From NCBI GenBank assembly GCA_033763315.1, contig JANRKS010000031.1:32001-96000 (forward strand): a DNA stretch of 64,000 nucleotides. Direction: 5' to 3'. Positions 51,260 to 60,957 of this stretch are shown here, piece after piece. Below the pieces are notes generated by a model. It saw only the letters and a list, made by a program, of their open reading frames with translations. It was not told the origin of the DNA and did no database searches. The position numbers and the translations under genes were made by a program. Source of the stretch: Deltaproteobacteria bacterium. Lineage in GTDB: Bacteria; Myxococcota_A; Polyangia; Fen-1088. How positions within the stretch are numbered: the first letter of the stretch is position 1; every line of letters begins with the position of its first letter.

Positions 51260-52507
51260 CTAGCGGTAGACGGGGAAGTCGCGGGTCAACGAAGCCACCT
51301 TGCCGCGCACGGTGGCGATGTTGGCTTCATCGTGCGGGTTGTCGAGCACATCGGCGATCAGGTTGGCGGTGGCAATGGCCTGCGCCTCTTTGAACCCGCG
51401 CGTGGTCATGGCCGGCGAGCCCAAGCGAATGCCGCTGGTGACCATCGGCTTTTGCGGATCCTTCGGAATGCCGTTCTTGTTGCACGTCATGTGCGCCGTG
51501 CCCAACACAGCCTCGGCTTCTTTGCCTGTCAGGTTTTTGGGGCGCAGATCCACCAGCATCACGTGCGATTCGGTGCGGCCACTGACGATGCGCAACCCAC
51601 GCGCGGTTAACGCCTCTGCCATCGCCGCTGCATTCTTCACCACTTGCTGTTGATACGCTTTGAACTCGGGCGCCAACGCTTCTTTGAACGCCACGGCTTT
51701 GGCCGCGATGACGTGCATCAAGGGGCCGCCTTGGATGCCGGGGAAGATGGCGCTGTTGATCTGCTTCGCCACGTGCTCCTTCATCAGGATGATGCCACCG
51801 CGGGGGCCGCGCAGGCTCTTGTGCGTGGTGGACGTAACCACGTCAGCAAACGGCACGGGGTTCGGGTACACACCGGCGGCGATCAAGCCCGCGTAGTGCG
51901 CCATATCCACCATGAAGTACGCGCCCACCGCTTTGGCCACTTTGGCAAAGCGTTCAAAATCGATGCGCAAGCTGTAAGCCGAGGCGCCAGCAATGATCAG
52001 CTTCGGCTTGTGCTCGTGGGCCAGGCGTTCCATCTCGTCGTAGTCGATGGCTTCTTGCGCGTCCAAGCCATAACTCACCACCTTGAACCACTTGCCGCTC
52101 ATGTTCAGCGGCATGCCGTGGGTCAAGTGGCCACCTTCGGCGAGGCTCATGCCCATGATCGTGTCGCCGGGCGAGAGCAGGCCGAAGAACACAGCTTGGT
52201 TTGCTTGCGATCCCGAGTTGGCTTGCACGTTCGCGTGCTCGGCGCCGAAGATCTGCTTGAGGCGATCGATCGCCAGCTGCTCAACAACGTCAACGTTTTC
52301 GCAGCCACCGTAGTAACGCTTGCCGGGGTATCCCTCGGCGTACTTGTTGGTGAGCTGCGTGCCTTGTGCGGCCATAACCGCGGGCGAGGCATAGTTTTCC
52401 GAAGCGATGAGCTCGATGTGATCTTCTTGCCGTTGGTTCTCTCGCTGGATGGCGGCCCACAACTCGGGGTCAACGTTGGCGATGGTCGATTGGCTACGGT
52501 CGAACAT
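51260..52507 (-). CDS. glyA: Serine hydroxymethyltransferase
   Basis: LIASEN; [15 protein letters not shown]; GGHLTHG; PLP-Lys motif [12 protein letters not shown]; AAGAAGGA RBS. Confidence 0.99.
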   Translation of the reverse strand: MFDRSQSTIANVDPELWAAIQRENQRQEDHIELIASENYASPAVMAAQGTQLTNKYAEGYPGKRYYGGCENVDVVEQLAIDRLKQIFGAEHANVQANSGSQANQAVFFGLLSPGDTIMGMSLAEGGHLTHGMPLNMSGKWFKVVSYGLDAQEAIDYDEMERLAHEHKPKLIIAGASAYSLRIDFERFAKVAKAVGAYFMVDMAHYAGLIAAGVYPNPVPFADVVTSTTHKSLRGPRGGIILMKEHVAKQINSAIFPGIQGGPLMHVIAAKAVAFKEALAPEFKAYQQQVVKNAAAMAEALTARGLRIVSGRTESHVMLVDLRPKNLTGKEAEAVLGTAHMTCNKNGIPKDPQKPMVTSGIRLGSPAMTTRGFKEAQAIATANLIADVLDNPHDEANIATVRGKVASLTRDFPVYR

Positions 52508-52570
52508 GATGGCAGTCCTTCTTGCTGTGAAGACCCGCGACGGTTATGGCTTGTGGCCACGCATCACAGG

Positions 52571-52667
52571 CTGCCCAGGCGATCGGCTAAAACGGAGTCC
52601 GTCTGCGCTCCCCGGTGGTTCCCCACCTCAGGCCCAAAACTCGGGCCCCATCGCCAGTCGCGCAGGC
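52571..52667 (-). ncRNA. ZMP/ZTP (pfl) riboswitch in the glyA leader
   Basis: Minus strand CTGCGCGACTGGCGA...GGTGGGGAACCACCGGGGAGCGCAG-linker-GCCGATCGCCTGGGCAG gives P1/P2/P3 plus pseudoknot. glyA is a canonical target. A TAATCT -10-like box sits at 52672-52677. Confidence 0.93.
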
Positions 52668-52820
52668 CGGCAGATTAGCCGAAAGTCCAGCCGATGACCC
52701 GTGCCGAGGGGTGGCAAAAGCAGAAATTTTTTGCGCCCCCAACCCGGCCTAAAGGTGGCCAGCGAGCTTGTCGACCTGGTCAAACAGGGCCAGGGGGTGT
52801 GCCGCGGCGAGATGGCATCC

Positions 52821-52967
52821 CTGAAGGTGGCGTAAAGACGGCCGCCGTTAGAAGATTGCGCCCTTATGCAAGTGGTCTAGGAACATCTGCAGAGGCCAAA
52901 CTTCGAAGCCGTCGTAGCTTAGCCTCTCGGTGCCTAAGTAAACGCCAAGGCTTTTGGCCACCTTCAG
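52821..52967. other. Long imperfect inverted repeat / candidate structured RNA
   Basis: Perfect 11-bp closing stem CTGAAGGTGGC/GCCACCTTCAG; 12-bp apical stem 52891-52902 with 52916-52927; TAGG/CCTA inner pairing. Confidence 0.5.
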
Positions 52968-53067
52968 CGCTTTTTTCTCCGCTAAAGAGCGAACGGGTTT
53001 GCACTTCGACCGGCCGCCCGCTCACTTCGCGCAGCCAATCGGCGTGCTGTTGACGCCGGCATTTGCC

Positions 53068-53979
53068 TCACCCCTTCAGCATCGAGAAGGTTAGTTCGAG
53101 GCGGCTTTCCACCGCGCGCATGACGCTGGGCATTTCGTCTTCGGAGAAGCCGAGGATCTTAGCCAGCTCACGGGCCATGATGACTTTGACGTGCTCCCGC
53201 GCTTCTTGAATCCAGCGTGCGATGGTGCCGCGATGCACGCCGTAGGTCTTCCCCAGGTCTTCGGGGCTCCATCCTTCGGCGAACCGAAGCCTCAACAAAT
53301 TGCGCTGGCGAGACGACAACAATGATAAGGCGGTGCGCAAGGCCACTTGAGCCGCGGCCGAATGCTCGTTCTTGGCGGCCTCATCCTCCGGCCCTAGCGC
53401 CAGATCCACCAATCGATCGGCCGCGTGCTCCGGTGCCGCGGCTGATTCTTTGCGCTTGAGCTCCAACGCCAGGCGCACCGAGATGACGCGAATCCATCCG
53501 CCCAGGGGACCTCTGGCGCTGTAGGACGCCATGCGGGGTGGGCCCCCTCCGGGGCTGCGCACGAACAGCCGCTCACGCAGCACCTGCACCAATTCGTCCG
53601 CGAACGTGGGAGAGGCGTCAATGCGCTTAATAAACTGAGGTACCTCGCGCAAAGCCGTTCGTTCCACGCTGGCGATGGCCTCGGGGTCGCCGTCCACGCA
53701 GGCGGCTGCCAGCGCCCAATCCTTGGCGAACGCCGGGTCGGGCATGCCCCGTTCCAACCTCATCTCGCCTGGGGACGTGTCTGCAAGGGCGTCAGCCTCC
53801 AGCTCACCCGCGGGCGCTGGGGCCCCGGGCTCTTCGGGTGCCGCATCGGCTGTGTCGAACTGGGCCGCCTCGGCTTGCGCAAGTCTATCGCGGTGGCGCG
53901 CCAGCATCGACGCGTCGAATCGCACCAACGGGAAGGCCTGTTGGGCCTCAATTAGGATATTGTTAATGGTTTGGTGCAC
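53068..53979 (-). CDS. Myxobacterial-type sigma-70 (ECF-like) factor
   Basis: DWALAAACVDGDPEAI; ADELVQVLRERL; YSARGPLGGWIRV; region 4 RQRNLLRL...GVHRGTIARW. Start uncertain (53979 or 54027). Confidence 0.85.
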   Translation of the reverse strand: MHQTINNILIEAQQAFPLVRFDASMLARHRDRLAQAEAAQFDTADAAPEEPGAPAPAGELEADALADTSPGEMRLERGMPDPAFAKDWALAAACVDGDPEAIASVERTALREVPQFIKRIDASPTFADELVQVLRERLFVRSPGGGPPRMASYSARGPLGGWIRVISVRLALELKRKESAAAPEHAADRLVDLALGPEDEAAKNEHSAAAQVALRTALSLLSSRQRNLLRLRFAEGWSPEDLGKTYGVHRGTIARWIQEAREHVKVIMARELAKILGFSEDEMPSVMRAVESRLELTFSMLKG

Positions 53980-54044
53980 AGCCAAGCGAGAGAAAGCTAT
54001 CACAAAGCGCCCCGCGTGATGTACCACTAACTCCCACCGGTTCC

Positions 54045-55109
54045 ATGGCCTGCCCTACAGAATTTTCCCTGCTGCAGTTCCTAGAAGGAAAACTTCGGGA
54101 AGCCGCGCTGGTTCGGCTTGAGGCGCACCTTGACAACTGCGGCACCTGTCGCGAGGTGTTGGCCCACCTAAAAGACCGTCGCCTCTTGCCCGGCGATTCT
54201 TCTGGCAAGGGGTGGTTGCACTGGGAAGGGTCATCGATTGTACCCGGCACCGTTGTGGCTGAACGTTATTTGGCGGTGCGGTTCATTGGCCGCGGTGGCA
54301 TGGGCGAAGTTTATGAAGTGGAGGATCGGCTGCTGGGCACGCACGTGGCCTTGAAGACCGTGCCCAAGAACAGCACCGAGGCCGAGGGCGCCGCGCGCCG
54401 AGTGCGCCGCGAAGTTTTGTTGTCTCGCAAGGTCACCCATCCCAATGTGTGCCGCGTGTTCGACATCGGCAGGCACGAAGCCGCGCTGTTCTTGACCATG
54501 GAGCTGCTTAACGGCGAGACGTTGCGGCAGTTTCTGAAGATCAATGGACCCATGTCCACAGATGCGGCGGCCCGTGTGGTTGAGCCCTTGATCAGTGGCT
54601 TGGCGGCTGCGCACGCGGCAGGCATCATTCACCGCGACTTCAAGTGCGAGAACATCATGATGATTCGCTCGGAGCTTGGTTTGCGGCCCGTGATCACAGA
54701 CTTTGGCTTGGCCCGCAACCTCGCGTCCCCGGATGCCACACGCGACACCTTCGCGGGGATGTTTGTGGGCACGCTGCTTTACGCCGCGCCGGAACAGCTC
54801 AAAGGCACACCCGTCACAGAAGCAACGGATGTTTATTCACTGGGGCTGACGATGTACCAGATGCTTTCCGGCGGAAAGCTACCGCACCCGTCGCAACTGC
54901 CCGCCGAAGTGGCGCAGGCGCGCCTTGAACAACCCGCGCGATCGATCCGGGACGTGCGACCCGACGTTGATGCGATTTGGTGCCAAGTGATCTCGCGTTG
55001 CTTGGAGCGCGACCCTGCGCTTCGCTATCAAACGGTGCGTGCGGTGTCCCGTGATCTGTTTGGCACATACGCGCCGCGCGCGTCAGTGGATCCCGAACGC
55101 TCTTCGTGA
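54045..55109 (+). CDS. Cytoplasmic Ser/Thr kinase with N-terminal zf-HC2 (anti-sigma-type) zinc finger
   Basis: MAC...HLDNCGTC; GRGGMG; VALK; HRDFKCEN; DFG; YAAPE. No TM or C-terminal domain. Confidence 0.9.
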   Translation: MACPTEFSLLQFLEGKLREAALVRLEAHLDNCGTCREVLAHLKDRRLLPGDSSGKGWLHWEGSSIVPGTVVAERYLAVRFIGRGGMGEVYEVEDRLLGTHVALKTVPKNSTEAEGAARRVRREVLLSRKVTHPNVCRVFDIGRHEAALFLTMELLNGETLRQFLKINGPMSTDAAARVVEPLISGLAAAHAAGIIHRDFKCENIMMIRSELGLRPVITDFGLARNLASPDATRDTFAGMFVGTLLYAAPEQLKGTPVTEATDVYSLGLTMYQMLSGGKLPHPSQLPAEVAQARLEQPARSIRDVRPDVDAIWCQVISRCLERDPALRYQTVRAVSRDLFGTYAPRASVDPERSS

Positions 55110-55121
55110 CATCTTGCCCGC

Positions 55122-57338
55122 ATGCGGGCCATGGCTGTTTTTGCGAGTTACTTGCGTAGGTGGGTGCCGTTCGGGCTTTTGTCGCGCACGAAGCCACGGC
55201 ACTACCGCACGATGCTGCAAGTGTTGTGGGACAACCGCGGCCGTTGGGCCTATGCGCTTCGCATCTTGCGCCACGGCGTGTGTGATGGTTGCTCGTTAGG
55301 ACCGCGCGGGTTGCGCGACGATGTGATCCCGGGCGTGCATTTGTGTCTCACGCGGTTGACGCTGTTGCGCCTAAACACGATGGGGCCGTTGCCTAAAGGC
55401 ATGCACGCCGATGTCAGCGAACTGCGTAAGCTTTCGAATGAGCAGTTGCATCGTCTGGGGCGTGTGCCGTATCCGCTGTTGCGTCGCAAGGGCGAAGCGG
55501 GTTTCTCTCGCGTTTCCTGGGACGAAGCTTTGTCGCTGGTGGCTTCACGCTGGCAAGCCGCCGATCCCGATCGCGTGGGCGTCTTTGTCACAAGCCGCGG
55601 GTTAACCAACGAAACCTATTACACCGTGCAAAAGCTGGCGCGCATCGCAGGTACACCGCACGTGGACACCTGCGCACGTTTGTGTCACGCGGCGTCCAGC
55701 GTCGGACTCAAAGACACGATCGGGTTTGCCGCCCCCACCTTATCTCTTAAAGACTGGATCGGCGCTGAGCTGATCGTGGTCATCGGCAGCAACCTGCCCA
55801 ACAACCAGCCCGTTTCAACGAAATACCTGCACGCCGCGCGCAAGGCAGGCGCCAAGATCGTGGTGGTGAATCCCTTCAAAGAGCCATCGATGGAGAGGTA
55901 TTGGATCCCCAGTTTGCTGGGATCGTCTCTGTTCGGCTCGCGGTTAATGGATGAATTCTTTGGCGTGCGGCCTGGTGGCGACATTGCATTCTGCATGGGC
56001 GTGCTCAAAGCGTTGGATGAAGATGGCGGGTGGGATGAAGCTTTCATTGCGGCGCGCACGCACGGCGCAGATGACTTGCGTGCGGCTTGCAAGGCACAAT
56101 CATGGGCGTCGTTGGCCGACGATGCCGGGCTGCCTGAATCCGAAATGCGTCGCTTCGCCACCATGTACAAGAGCGCCAAAAAAGTCGTTTTTGTATACTC
56201 CATGGGCCTCACGCAGTATCAGTTTGGTGTCGACAACGTAAAGATGGTGGTCAACCTCGCGTTGGCCCGCGGGATGATCGGCAAGCCCAACACGGGCATC
56301 ATGCCCATCCGCGGGCACTCAGGCGTGCAGGGCTCTGCCGAATGTGGCGCCGATCCCGACAAGCTGCCAGGCGCGTTGCCGCTGAACAAAGCGAACATCG
56401 AACGTTTTGAAACAGCGTGGAACCATCCCATACCGCACAAGCCCGGCATGCGCGCCGCTCATTTGCTCGACCGTGCCGGCGCCACCGGCCTCGATGTGCT
56501 TTATATGGTGGGCGGAAATCATCTGGAGACGATGCCCGATCGGGATCACGCGCAACGCGCTTTGCAGGCCGTGAGGTTGCGCGTGCATCAAGACATCGTC
56601 CTGAACACGTCGACGTTGCTCGACGCCGAAGAAGCGGTGCTGGTGTTGCCCGCACAAACGAGGTACGAGCAGGCCAGCGGTGGCACAAGCACGTCCACTG
56701 AACGGCGCATTCGGTTTACACCTGAAATCCCCGGGCCTCGCATCGAGGAAGCCAAGCCTGAGTGGCAGATCCCCTGTTTGATCGGTTTGGCATTGCGGCC
56801 AGGGCGCCACGATCTATTCGGTTATGCCGACACCGCCGCGATTCGCGATGAGATGGGTGCCTTGATCCCGATGTATGCGGGCATCGAGACGCTCAAGCGC
56901 GAAGGCGATTGGGTGCAGTGGGGCGGTCCGCAACTCGGCGGCACTTCGTTTGGCACCGAAGATGGCAAAGCGATCTTTAGTTGTGTGCCGGTTCCGCGTG
57001 TTGAAGTGCCCGAGGGCGCTTTCTTGTTGAGCATGCGCCGGGGCAAGCAGTTCAACTCGATGACGTTCGGCCCCAAGGATCCGCTTTCGCAGGATCGCGG
57101 GCGCAACGCCATATTCTGTGAGGCAAGCGATCTAGCGGCGCTTGGCCTTCGTGAGGGAGCCAGCGTGCGTGTGCGCAGCCCGCACGGTGAGCTTGAGGGC
57201 GTCTGCTACGCGGGGCCTTGCCGCAAAGGGCACGTGCAGGCGTATTGGCCCGAGGGCAACGTATTGCTATCGCGTGTGTATGATCCTGTGTCGGGCGAGC
57301 CCGACTACAAAACGGTCGTCACACTCACAGCCGTGTAG
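55122..57338 (+). CDS. FdhF/YdeP-family molybdopterin oxidoreductase
   Basis: HGVCDGCSLG; TSRG..NE; DTCARLCH; YSMGLTQ; PIRGHSGVQG; RRGKQFNS; DPVSGEPDY. Confidence 0.92.
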   Translation: MRAMAVFASYLRRWVPFGLLSRTKPRHYRTMLQVLWDNRGRWAYALRILRHGVCDGCSLGPRGLRDDVIPGVHLCLTRLTLLRLNTMGPLPKGMHADVSELRKLSNEQLHRLGRVPYPLLRRKGEAGFSRVSWDEALSLVASRWQAADPDRVGVFVTSRGLTNETYYTVQKLARIAGTPHVDTCARLCHAASSVGLKDTIGFAAPTLSLKDWIGAELIVVIGSNLPNNQPVSTKYLHAARKAGAKIVVVNPFKEPSMERYWIPSLLGSSLFGSRLMDEFFGVRPGGDIAFCMGVLKALDEDGGWDEAFIAARTHGADDLRAACKAQSWASLADDAGLPESEMRRFATMYKSAKKVVFVYSMGLTQYQFGVDNVKMVVNLALARGMIGKPNTGIMPIRGHSGVQGSAECGADPDKLPGALPLNKANIERFETAWNHPIPHKPGMRAAHLLDRAGATGLDVLYMVGGNHLETMPDRDHAQRALQAVRLRVHQDIVLNTSTLLDAEEAVLVLPAQTRYEQASGGTSTSTERRIRFTPEIPGPRIEEAKPEWQIPCLIGLALRPGRHDLFGYADTAAIRDEMGALIPMYAGIETLKREGDWVQWGGPQLGGTSFGTEDGKAIFSCVPVPRVEVPEGAFLLSMRRGKQFNSMTFGPKDPLSQDRGRNAIFCEASDLAALGLREGASVRVRSPHGELEGVCYAGPCRKGHVQAYWPEGNVLLSRVYDPVSGEPDYKTVVTLTAV

Positions 57339-57550
57339 CACCTGTTCGTGACGACTTAACCGCGCGAAGACGTCGCGTGCAAAGTAAGCGGCAGGAAACG
57401 CAAAACGCTTTGCGGTTTCGAACCACTGCAGCCAGCGATACTCAAAGTTAATCGCGGCGTACGAACGATTGAAACCGAAACGACGGTACCTTCTGTTCAT
57501 AGGTTTGGCAGTTCACAACCCTGAACAACCCAGCAAATGAACGGAAGGTC

Positions 57551-58789
57551 ATGGGAAATCGTCAATACACTTATCGAAGCAAACTGTTTAGCGCCTTGTC
57601 AGCTGCTTGTGCTTTGGGAATCGCAACGGCTGCGGTGGCCGCGGATTACCCCACCGCTAAGGTTAACACCACGGGACTGGCTGTCACCGATACCGAAGTC
57701 ACGGTGGGCCAGCTGCACAGCGCCACTGGCACGATGGCGATTAGCGAAACGGGGTCGATACAAGCAGAGCGGCTGGCGATCGATCAGATAAACGCATCGG
57801 GTGGCATTCTTGGGCGGAAGATAAAGATCATTCAGGAAGACGGCGCCAGCGACTGGCCGACCTTTGCAGAGAAGGCGAAGAAGCTACTTATAAGTGATAA
57901 GGTGGCCACAGTGTTTGGCTGTTGGACGTCAGCCTCACGCAAGGCCGTTTTGCCTGTGTTTGAGAAGGAAAACGGGTTGCTTTACTACCCCACTTTCTAC
58001 GAGGGGCTGGAGCAATCAAAGAACGTCTTCTACACGGGACAAGAAGCTACACAGCAAATCTTGGCTGGCCTTGACTGGCTTGTGAAGGAGAAGAAAGCGA
58101 AGACATTTTTCCTCATTGGATCGGACTACATTTGGCCCCGCACTTCGAACAAGATCGCACGCAAACACATCGAGAACGTTCTAAAGGGCACCGTTGTTGG
58201 CGAGGAGTATTACCCGCTTGGTCACACGCAATTCGGATCGCTGATCAACAAGATAAAGTTGAAAAAGCCTGATGCGATCTACGCGATCGTCGTGGGGGGA
58301 AGCAACGTTTCCTTCTATAAGCAGCTCAAAGCGGCGGGGGTCACGTCAGCCAAGCAAACATTGCTCACCATCTCGGTTACCGAAGACGAGCTGCTCGGTA
58401 TCGGCGGTGAAAACATGGTGGGCTTCTATGCGGCGATGAAATACTTCCAAAGCTTGGATAACCCCAACAACAAGAAGTTCGTAGAGGCCTTTAAAGCGAA
58501 ATACGGCGCCAAGTCCGTCATCGGCGACGTGACACAGGCTGGCTACCTTGGTCCTTGGCTGTGGAAGGCGGCGGTCGAGAAAGCGGGAAGCTTCGATGTC
58601 GATAAGGTTGTGGCGGCATCGCCAAACATCGAATTGAAAACTGCGCCCGAAGGTTACGTGAAGTTGCACCCAAACCATCACCTGTGGAGCAAGCTTCGCA
58701 TCGGCCAGGTTGAGCTGAACGGCCAGTTCAAGGTGCTCTACGAATCGGGGCTCATCGAGCCTAACCCGTTTCCCAAGGGCTACCAGTAG
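57551..58789 (+). CDS. urtA: Urea/short-chain amide ABC transporter substrate-binding protein
   Basis: LHSATGTMAISE; EDGASDWPTF; FGCWTSASRK; YPTFYEGLE; GSDYIWPR; NHHLW. Confidence 0.95.
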   Translation: MGNRQYTYRSKLFSALSAACALGIATAAVAADYPTAKVNTTGLAVTDTEVTVGQLHSATGTMAISETGSIQAERLAIDQINASGGILGRKIKIIQEDGASDWPTFAEKAKKLLISDKVATVFGCWTSASRKAVLPVFEKENGLLYYPTFYEGLEQSKNVFYTGQEATQQILAGLDWLVKEKKAKTFFLIGSDYIWPRTSNKIARKHIENVLKGTVVGEEYYPLGHTQFGSLINKIKLKKPDAIYAIVVGGSNVSFYKQLKAAGVTSAKQTLLTISVTEDELLGIGGENMVGFYAAMKYFQSLDNPNNKKFVEAFKAKYGAKSVIGDVTQAGYLGPWLWKAAVEKAGSFDVDKVVAASPNIELKTAPEGYVKLHPNHHLWSKLRIGQVELNGQFKVLYESGLIEPNPFPKGYQ

Positions 58790-58844
58790 AGCTTGTTCAC
58801 CGATCGTGAGGCGCGGCGTTTCAACCTAGAAAGGTTTGGGCAAC

Positions 58845-59762
58845 ATGACGTCCATGTCAGATCTGTTCTCCATCTTGATCATGCAGGGCTTTAACGGACT
58901 CAGTTCGTTCTGCGTCTTGCTCCTCATGGCCTTGGGTCTAGCCATCATCTTCGGCCAAATGGGCGTCATCAATATGGCCCATGGCGAATTCCTCACGATC
59001 GGTGCCTACACAACGTTTGTACTATCAGAAGTGAGCCAGCGTTGGGCGCACTGGATGCAAGGCTCGTATTTCATCGTCGCGGTCGCGGTGTCGTTCGTGA
59101 TCGCGGCCGCGGTTGGCTTGTTGGTGGAACACCTAATGATTCGGCATCTATACCGACGGCCGCTTGACACCTTGCTGGCCACCTGGGGCTTGAGCCTTAT
59201 CATGCAGCAGATCTTTCGGTCCACGTTCGGGGCCAAGGAAGTAAGCGCCACACTTCCCGACTGGCTCATGGGCTCGGTGCAACCGACGCCGACCATCGAC
59301 ATCCCCATTAACGGTCTGTTGATGATGGGGCTCACCTTGCTGATGACCATGATTGTGTTTATTGGCCTATTCAAAACACGTTGGGGTGTTTGGGTGCGTG
59401 CCACCACACAGAATCGCATCATGGCCGGCGCCGCTGGCATCAACACGCGGAAGATTGATCGCTACGCCTTCGGCCTGGGCTGCGGCCTGGCCGGTATGGC
59501 GGGCGCAGCGTTTACCACCATCGGCTCGACAGGACCAACAAGCGGCTCTATGTACATTGTCGATACCTTCCTCGTGGTCGTCTTTGGTGGTGCGCAAAGT
59601 TTGATTGGCTGCATCGCTTCGGCCTTCAGCATCGCGCAAGCCCAGTCCACCGCAGAATTCTTCTTAACCGGTTCAACGGCAAAGGTTCTCACTTTGCTAA
59701 CCGTCATCGTCATCTTGATGTTGAGGCCCCAAGGGCTGTTCAGCATCCGCGTGCGGAGGTAA
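58845..59762 (+). CDS. urtB: Urea/amide ABC transporter permease
   Basis: GLAIIFGQMGVINMAHGEF; RPLDTLLATWG; RPQGLF. Confidence 0.93.
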   Translation: MTSMSDLFSILIMQGFNGLSSFCVLLLMALGLAIIFGQMGVINMAHGEFLTIGAYTTFVLSEVSQRWAHWMQGSYFIVAVAVSFVIAAAVGLLVEHLMIRHLYRRPLDTLLATWGLSLIMQQIFRSTFGAKEVSATLPDWLMGSVQPTPTIDIPINGLLMMGLTLLMTMIVFIGLFKTRWGVWVRATTQNRIMAGAAGINTRKIDRYAFGLGCGLAGMAGAAFTTIGSTGPTSGSMYIVDTFLVVVFGGAQSLIGCIASAFSIAQAQSTAEFFLTGSTAKVLTLLTVIVILMLRPQGLFSIRVRR

Positions 59763-59766
59763 CTGG

Positions 59767-60957
59767 ATGGGATCTTCCTGGCAAGCTCGCTTGACTAAGG
59801 TCACGAGCAATAAAGAACTAACGTCGTTTCTGATTCTAGCCGCGTTGCTTTTGGTTGTGTTCCCATTGAGCATGGGAATCTTCCGCCTCAACTTGGTCGG
59901 GAAATATCTAACCTATGCGTTCGTGGCCATGGGGCTTGTGATCTCCTGGGGCTACGGTGGCATCCTCAGCCTGGGTCAGGGCGTGTTTTTCGGTTTGGGT
60001 GGCTACTGTATGGCCATGTTTTTGAAACTCGAAGCGTCGGACCCGGTGGCCACGGCAATTCAATCCACGCCAGGCATTCCCGATTTTATGGACTGGAACC
60101 AGCTAACGGCGCTTCCGTTCTTTTGGGTGCCCTTCAAGAGCCTTGCCCTGTCGCTCATCGCTGTGCCACTGGTGCCGGCGCTGTTGGCCCTATTGGTGGG
60201 CGTGGCGATGTTCAAGCGCCGTGTGGGCGGTGTGTACTTTGCGATCATCACTCAAGCGATCGCGGCCATCTTATCGATCCTGATCATCGGTCAGCAAGGG
60301 TACACGGGTGGCGTCAACGGCATCACGGATCTTAAGACGATGCATGGCTGGGACATTCGGACGGATTCAGCTAAGTATGTGCTCTATTTCGTTAACGCAT
60401 TCCTACTTCTGGGCGCGGCTCTGGTTACCACGGGTATGCTCAAAAGCAAACTCGGCCGCTTGTTGGTTGCGATGCGCGACAAAGAGGACCGCGTCCGCTT
60501 CTCTGGTTACGACGTTGCAAATCTGAAGACCTTTGCCTTCGTTTTTGCTGCGGTGTTGTCCGCCCTTGGCGGTGCCATGTTCACATTGCAGGTTGGCTTT
60601 ATGTCGCCGTCATTTGTCGGCATCGTGCCATCCATCGAAATGGTCATTTGTGCGGCGGTTGGCGGTCGCGATTCGGTGCTGGGCGCGGTCTACGGAACGT
60701 TGATCGTCAACTTCGGCAAGACGTTCTTCTCTGAACGGTTTCCGGAGCTGTGGCTGTTCCTGATCGGCGCTCTTTTCATTGCGGTGGTGTTGGTGTTCCC
60801 CAACGGCTTGGCTGGACTCAACCGCGAGGGCATACGCAAAAGCTGGAGCGGCGCGCGCAAACGCATCCTGGGGTTGCGGGACCGCTGGCGACGAAGTTCA
60901 TCTTCTGACGCCATGCCGCCCGCGGTGAAGCAAGACGTGAAGGAGGCGATGCGATGA
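59767..60957 (+). CDS. urtC: Urea/amide ABC transporter permease
   Basis: WGYGGILSLGQG; IPDFMDW; GVYFAIITQA; RDKEDRVRFSGY; SIEMV. Confidence 0.93.
   Translation: MGSSWQARLTKVTSNKELTSFLILAALLLVVFPLSMGIFRLNLVGKYLTYAFVAMGLVISWGYGGILSLGQGVFFGLGGYCMAMFLKLEASDPVATAIQSTPGIPDFMDWNQLTALPFFWVPFKSLALSLIAVPLVPALLALLVGVAMFKRRVGGVYFAIITQAIAAILSILIIGQQGYTGGVNGITDLKTMHGWDIRTDSAKYVLYFVNAFLLLGAALVTTGMLKSKLGRLLVAMRDKEDRVRFSGYDVANLKTFAFVFAAVLSALGGAMFTLQVGFMSPSFVGIVPSIEMVICAAVGGRDSVLGAVYGTLIVNFGKTFFSERFPELWLFLIGALFIAVVLVFPNGLAGLNREGIRKSWSGARKRILGLRDRWRRSSSSDAMPPAVKQDVKEAMR

Noticed and set aside
51644-52678. 344-aa plus-strand ORF
   Set aside because: Shadow of glyA that also runs across the riboswitch.
52694-53053. 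119-aa plus-strand ORF
   Set aside because: No RBS or motifs; it overlaps the structured inverted-repeat element.
55122-57338. Selenocysteine formate dehydrogenase
   Set aside because: No in-frame TGA; Cys-type CARLCH motif of the YdeP subfamily.
57361-57440. c-di-GMP-I riboswitch-like GAAA/CGCAAA words
   Set aside because: The P1/P2 architecture and GGCAAA start are missing.
57505-57522. TTGGCA upstream of urtA as a sigma-54 promoter
   Set aside because: No GC at the -12 position.
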